64,000 nucleotides of DNA from the NCBI GenBank assembly GCA_028279275.1, contig JANQOB010000009.1, positions 200,781-264,780 on the forward strand, given 5' to 3'. Each line of letters starts with the position of its first letter. Within the stretch, counting starts at the first letter, position 1. A program made the position numbers and the translations under genes. The notes beneath the pieces were generated by a model. The model saw only the letters and a list, made by a program, of their open reading frames with translations, was not told where the DNA came from and did not search any database. The stretch is from Gammaproteobacteria bacterium. Lineage in GTDB: Bacteria > Pseudomonadota > Gammaproteobacteria > UBA4575. This document shows positions 63,239 to 64,000 of this stretch, one piece after another.

Positions 63239-64000
63239 ATGAATAATTTAACTGAGTCCACAGAAGAAGATGTTATACGCAGTTGGCATGATCGAGCCCA
63301 AGCGTACGACAATCTAATTGGACGATGGCCAATTTTTACATCGATGGCAGACCGACTTTTGGAATGTATTTTCGAGGAATTTAATGGGCATGCACTTGAT
63401 CTCGCTGGTGGAACTGGTCTAGTTGCCGAGCGATTGCTGAATAAGCATCCAAAAGCAAGCGTAACCTTGGTAGAGCCTGCAGCAGAAATGCGTGCATTGG
63501 CTGCCCGTCGCCTAGGTGATCAAGTTGAAATTAAGGATTTCACTAGCGACGAACTTGATAAGCTTGATGCCGTTTTCGATGCAGCATTTTGTAGTGCTTC
63601 ATTTCATTTAATGAACGAAAAAACTACTTTGCCGAGCGTGGCATCTGTCCTCCGTCAGGGATCTGTATTCTCTACTAATCTATGGGGACACTCCTTCGAT
63701 GAGGCGGTAGATTTGAATCAAAAAGTGGATTGGATGCAATTCTTGGATGAGGCACTTGCCGAATTTGATCAGCCACCGATGCATCGGCCCAAAAATCCTG
63801 CATACAGTATAAAAAGTGCAAAAGAACTAAGAAAAATTGGTGCGGTTTGTGGGCTTCATCTTTTTGAAAAGAAAATTGTGACTACCGAAATTGAGACACA
63901 ATTTAATATTGAATTCGCAGCTATGAATTCAAATTTTCTGAGTCAAGTTGAGACAGAAATTCGGACGCTTGTAATTGACCGAGCACTACAATTGTGTCGT
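63239..64000 (+). CDS. class I SAM-dependent methyltransferase (3'-truncated by the window end)
   Basis: Motif I LDLAGGTGLVAERLL and post-I acidic residue LVEPAAEM. Confidence 0.7.
   Translation, partial: MNNLTESTEEDVIRSWHDRAQAYDNLIGRWPIFTSMADRLLECIFEEFNGHALDLAGGTGLVAERLLNKHPKASVTLVEPAAEMRALAARRLGDQVEIKDFTSDELDKLDAVFDAAFCSASFHLMNEKTTLPSVASVLRQGSVFSTNLWGHSFDEAVDLNQKVDWMQFLDEALAEFDQPPMHRPKNPAYSIKSAKELRKIGAVCGLHLFEKKIVTTEIETQFNIEFAAMNSNFLSQVETEIRTLVIDRALQLCR

Overview
This is a 64-kb stretch of chromosome from a low-GC (about 38-40%) gammaproteobacterium. It is dominated by conserved housekeeping blocks whose order is Pseudomonadales/Legionellales-like: mreBCD divergent from gatCAB; hemA-prfA-prmC divergent from TPR-lolB-ispE-tRNA(Gln)-prs-rplY-pth-ychF-tRNA(Met); ppsA/ppsR; pckG; argF-argD and argG; asnB; grxD; rnt; mlaA; folE. 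Two regions look accessory. (1) Directly 3' of tRNA-Met there is a tightly coupled two-gene operon. It pairs an internally duplicated DUF1538-type membrane protein with a single-chain protein built from about three GlnB/P-II-like repeats, a candidate transporter-plus-PII-like regulator module I do not recognise as characterised. It is followed by a block of secreted or hypothetical proteins (SYLF, alpha/beta hydrolase, Rap1a-like, dienelactone hydrolase), an RHH-(PAS-GGDEF-EAL)-GGDEF operon and an EgtD-like methyltransferase. (2) The 3' end of the window (60-64 kb) carries several small unknown ORFs, a repeated ~85-nt hairpin-containing element (three copies in the window) and a chromosomal AAC(3)-I-like aminoglycoside acetyltransferase. 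Also notable are a membrane-anchored dynamin-like GTPase next to a ChaN/Tiki-family periplasmic protein, a short BLUF photoreceptor, and an mreC whose conserved N-terminus begins at an ATA codon. No CRISPR array, IS element, integrase or rRNA was seen.
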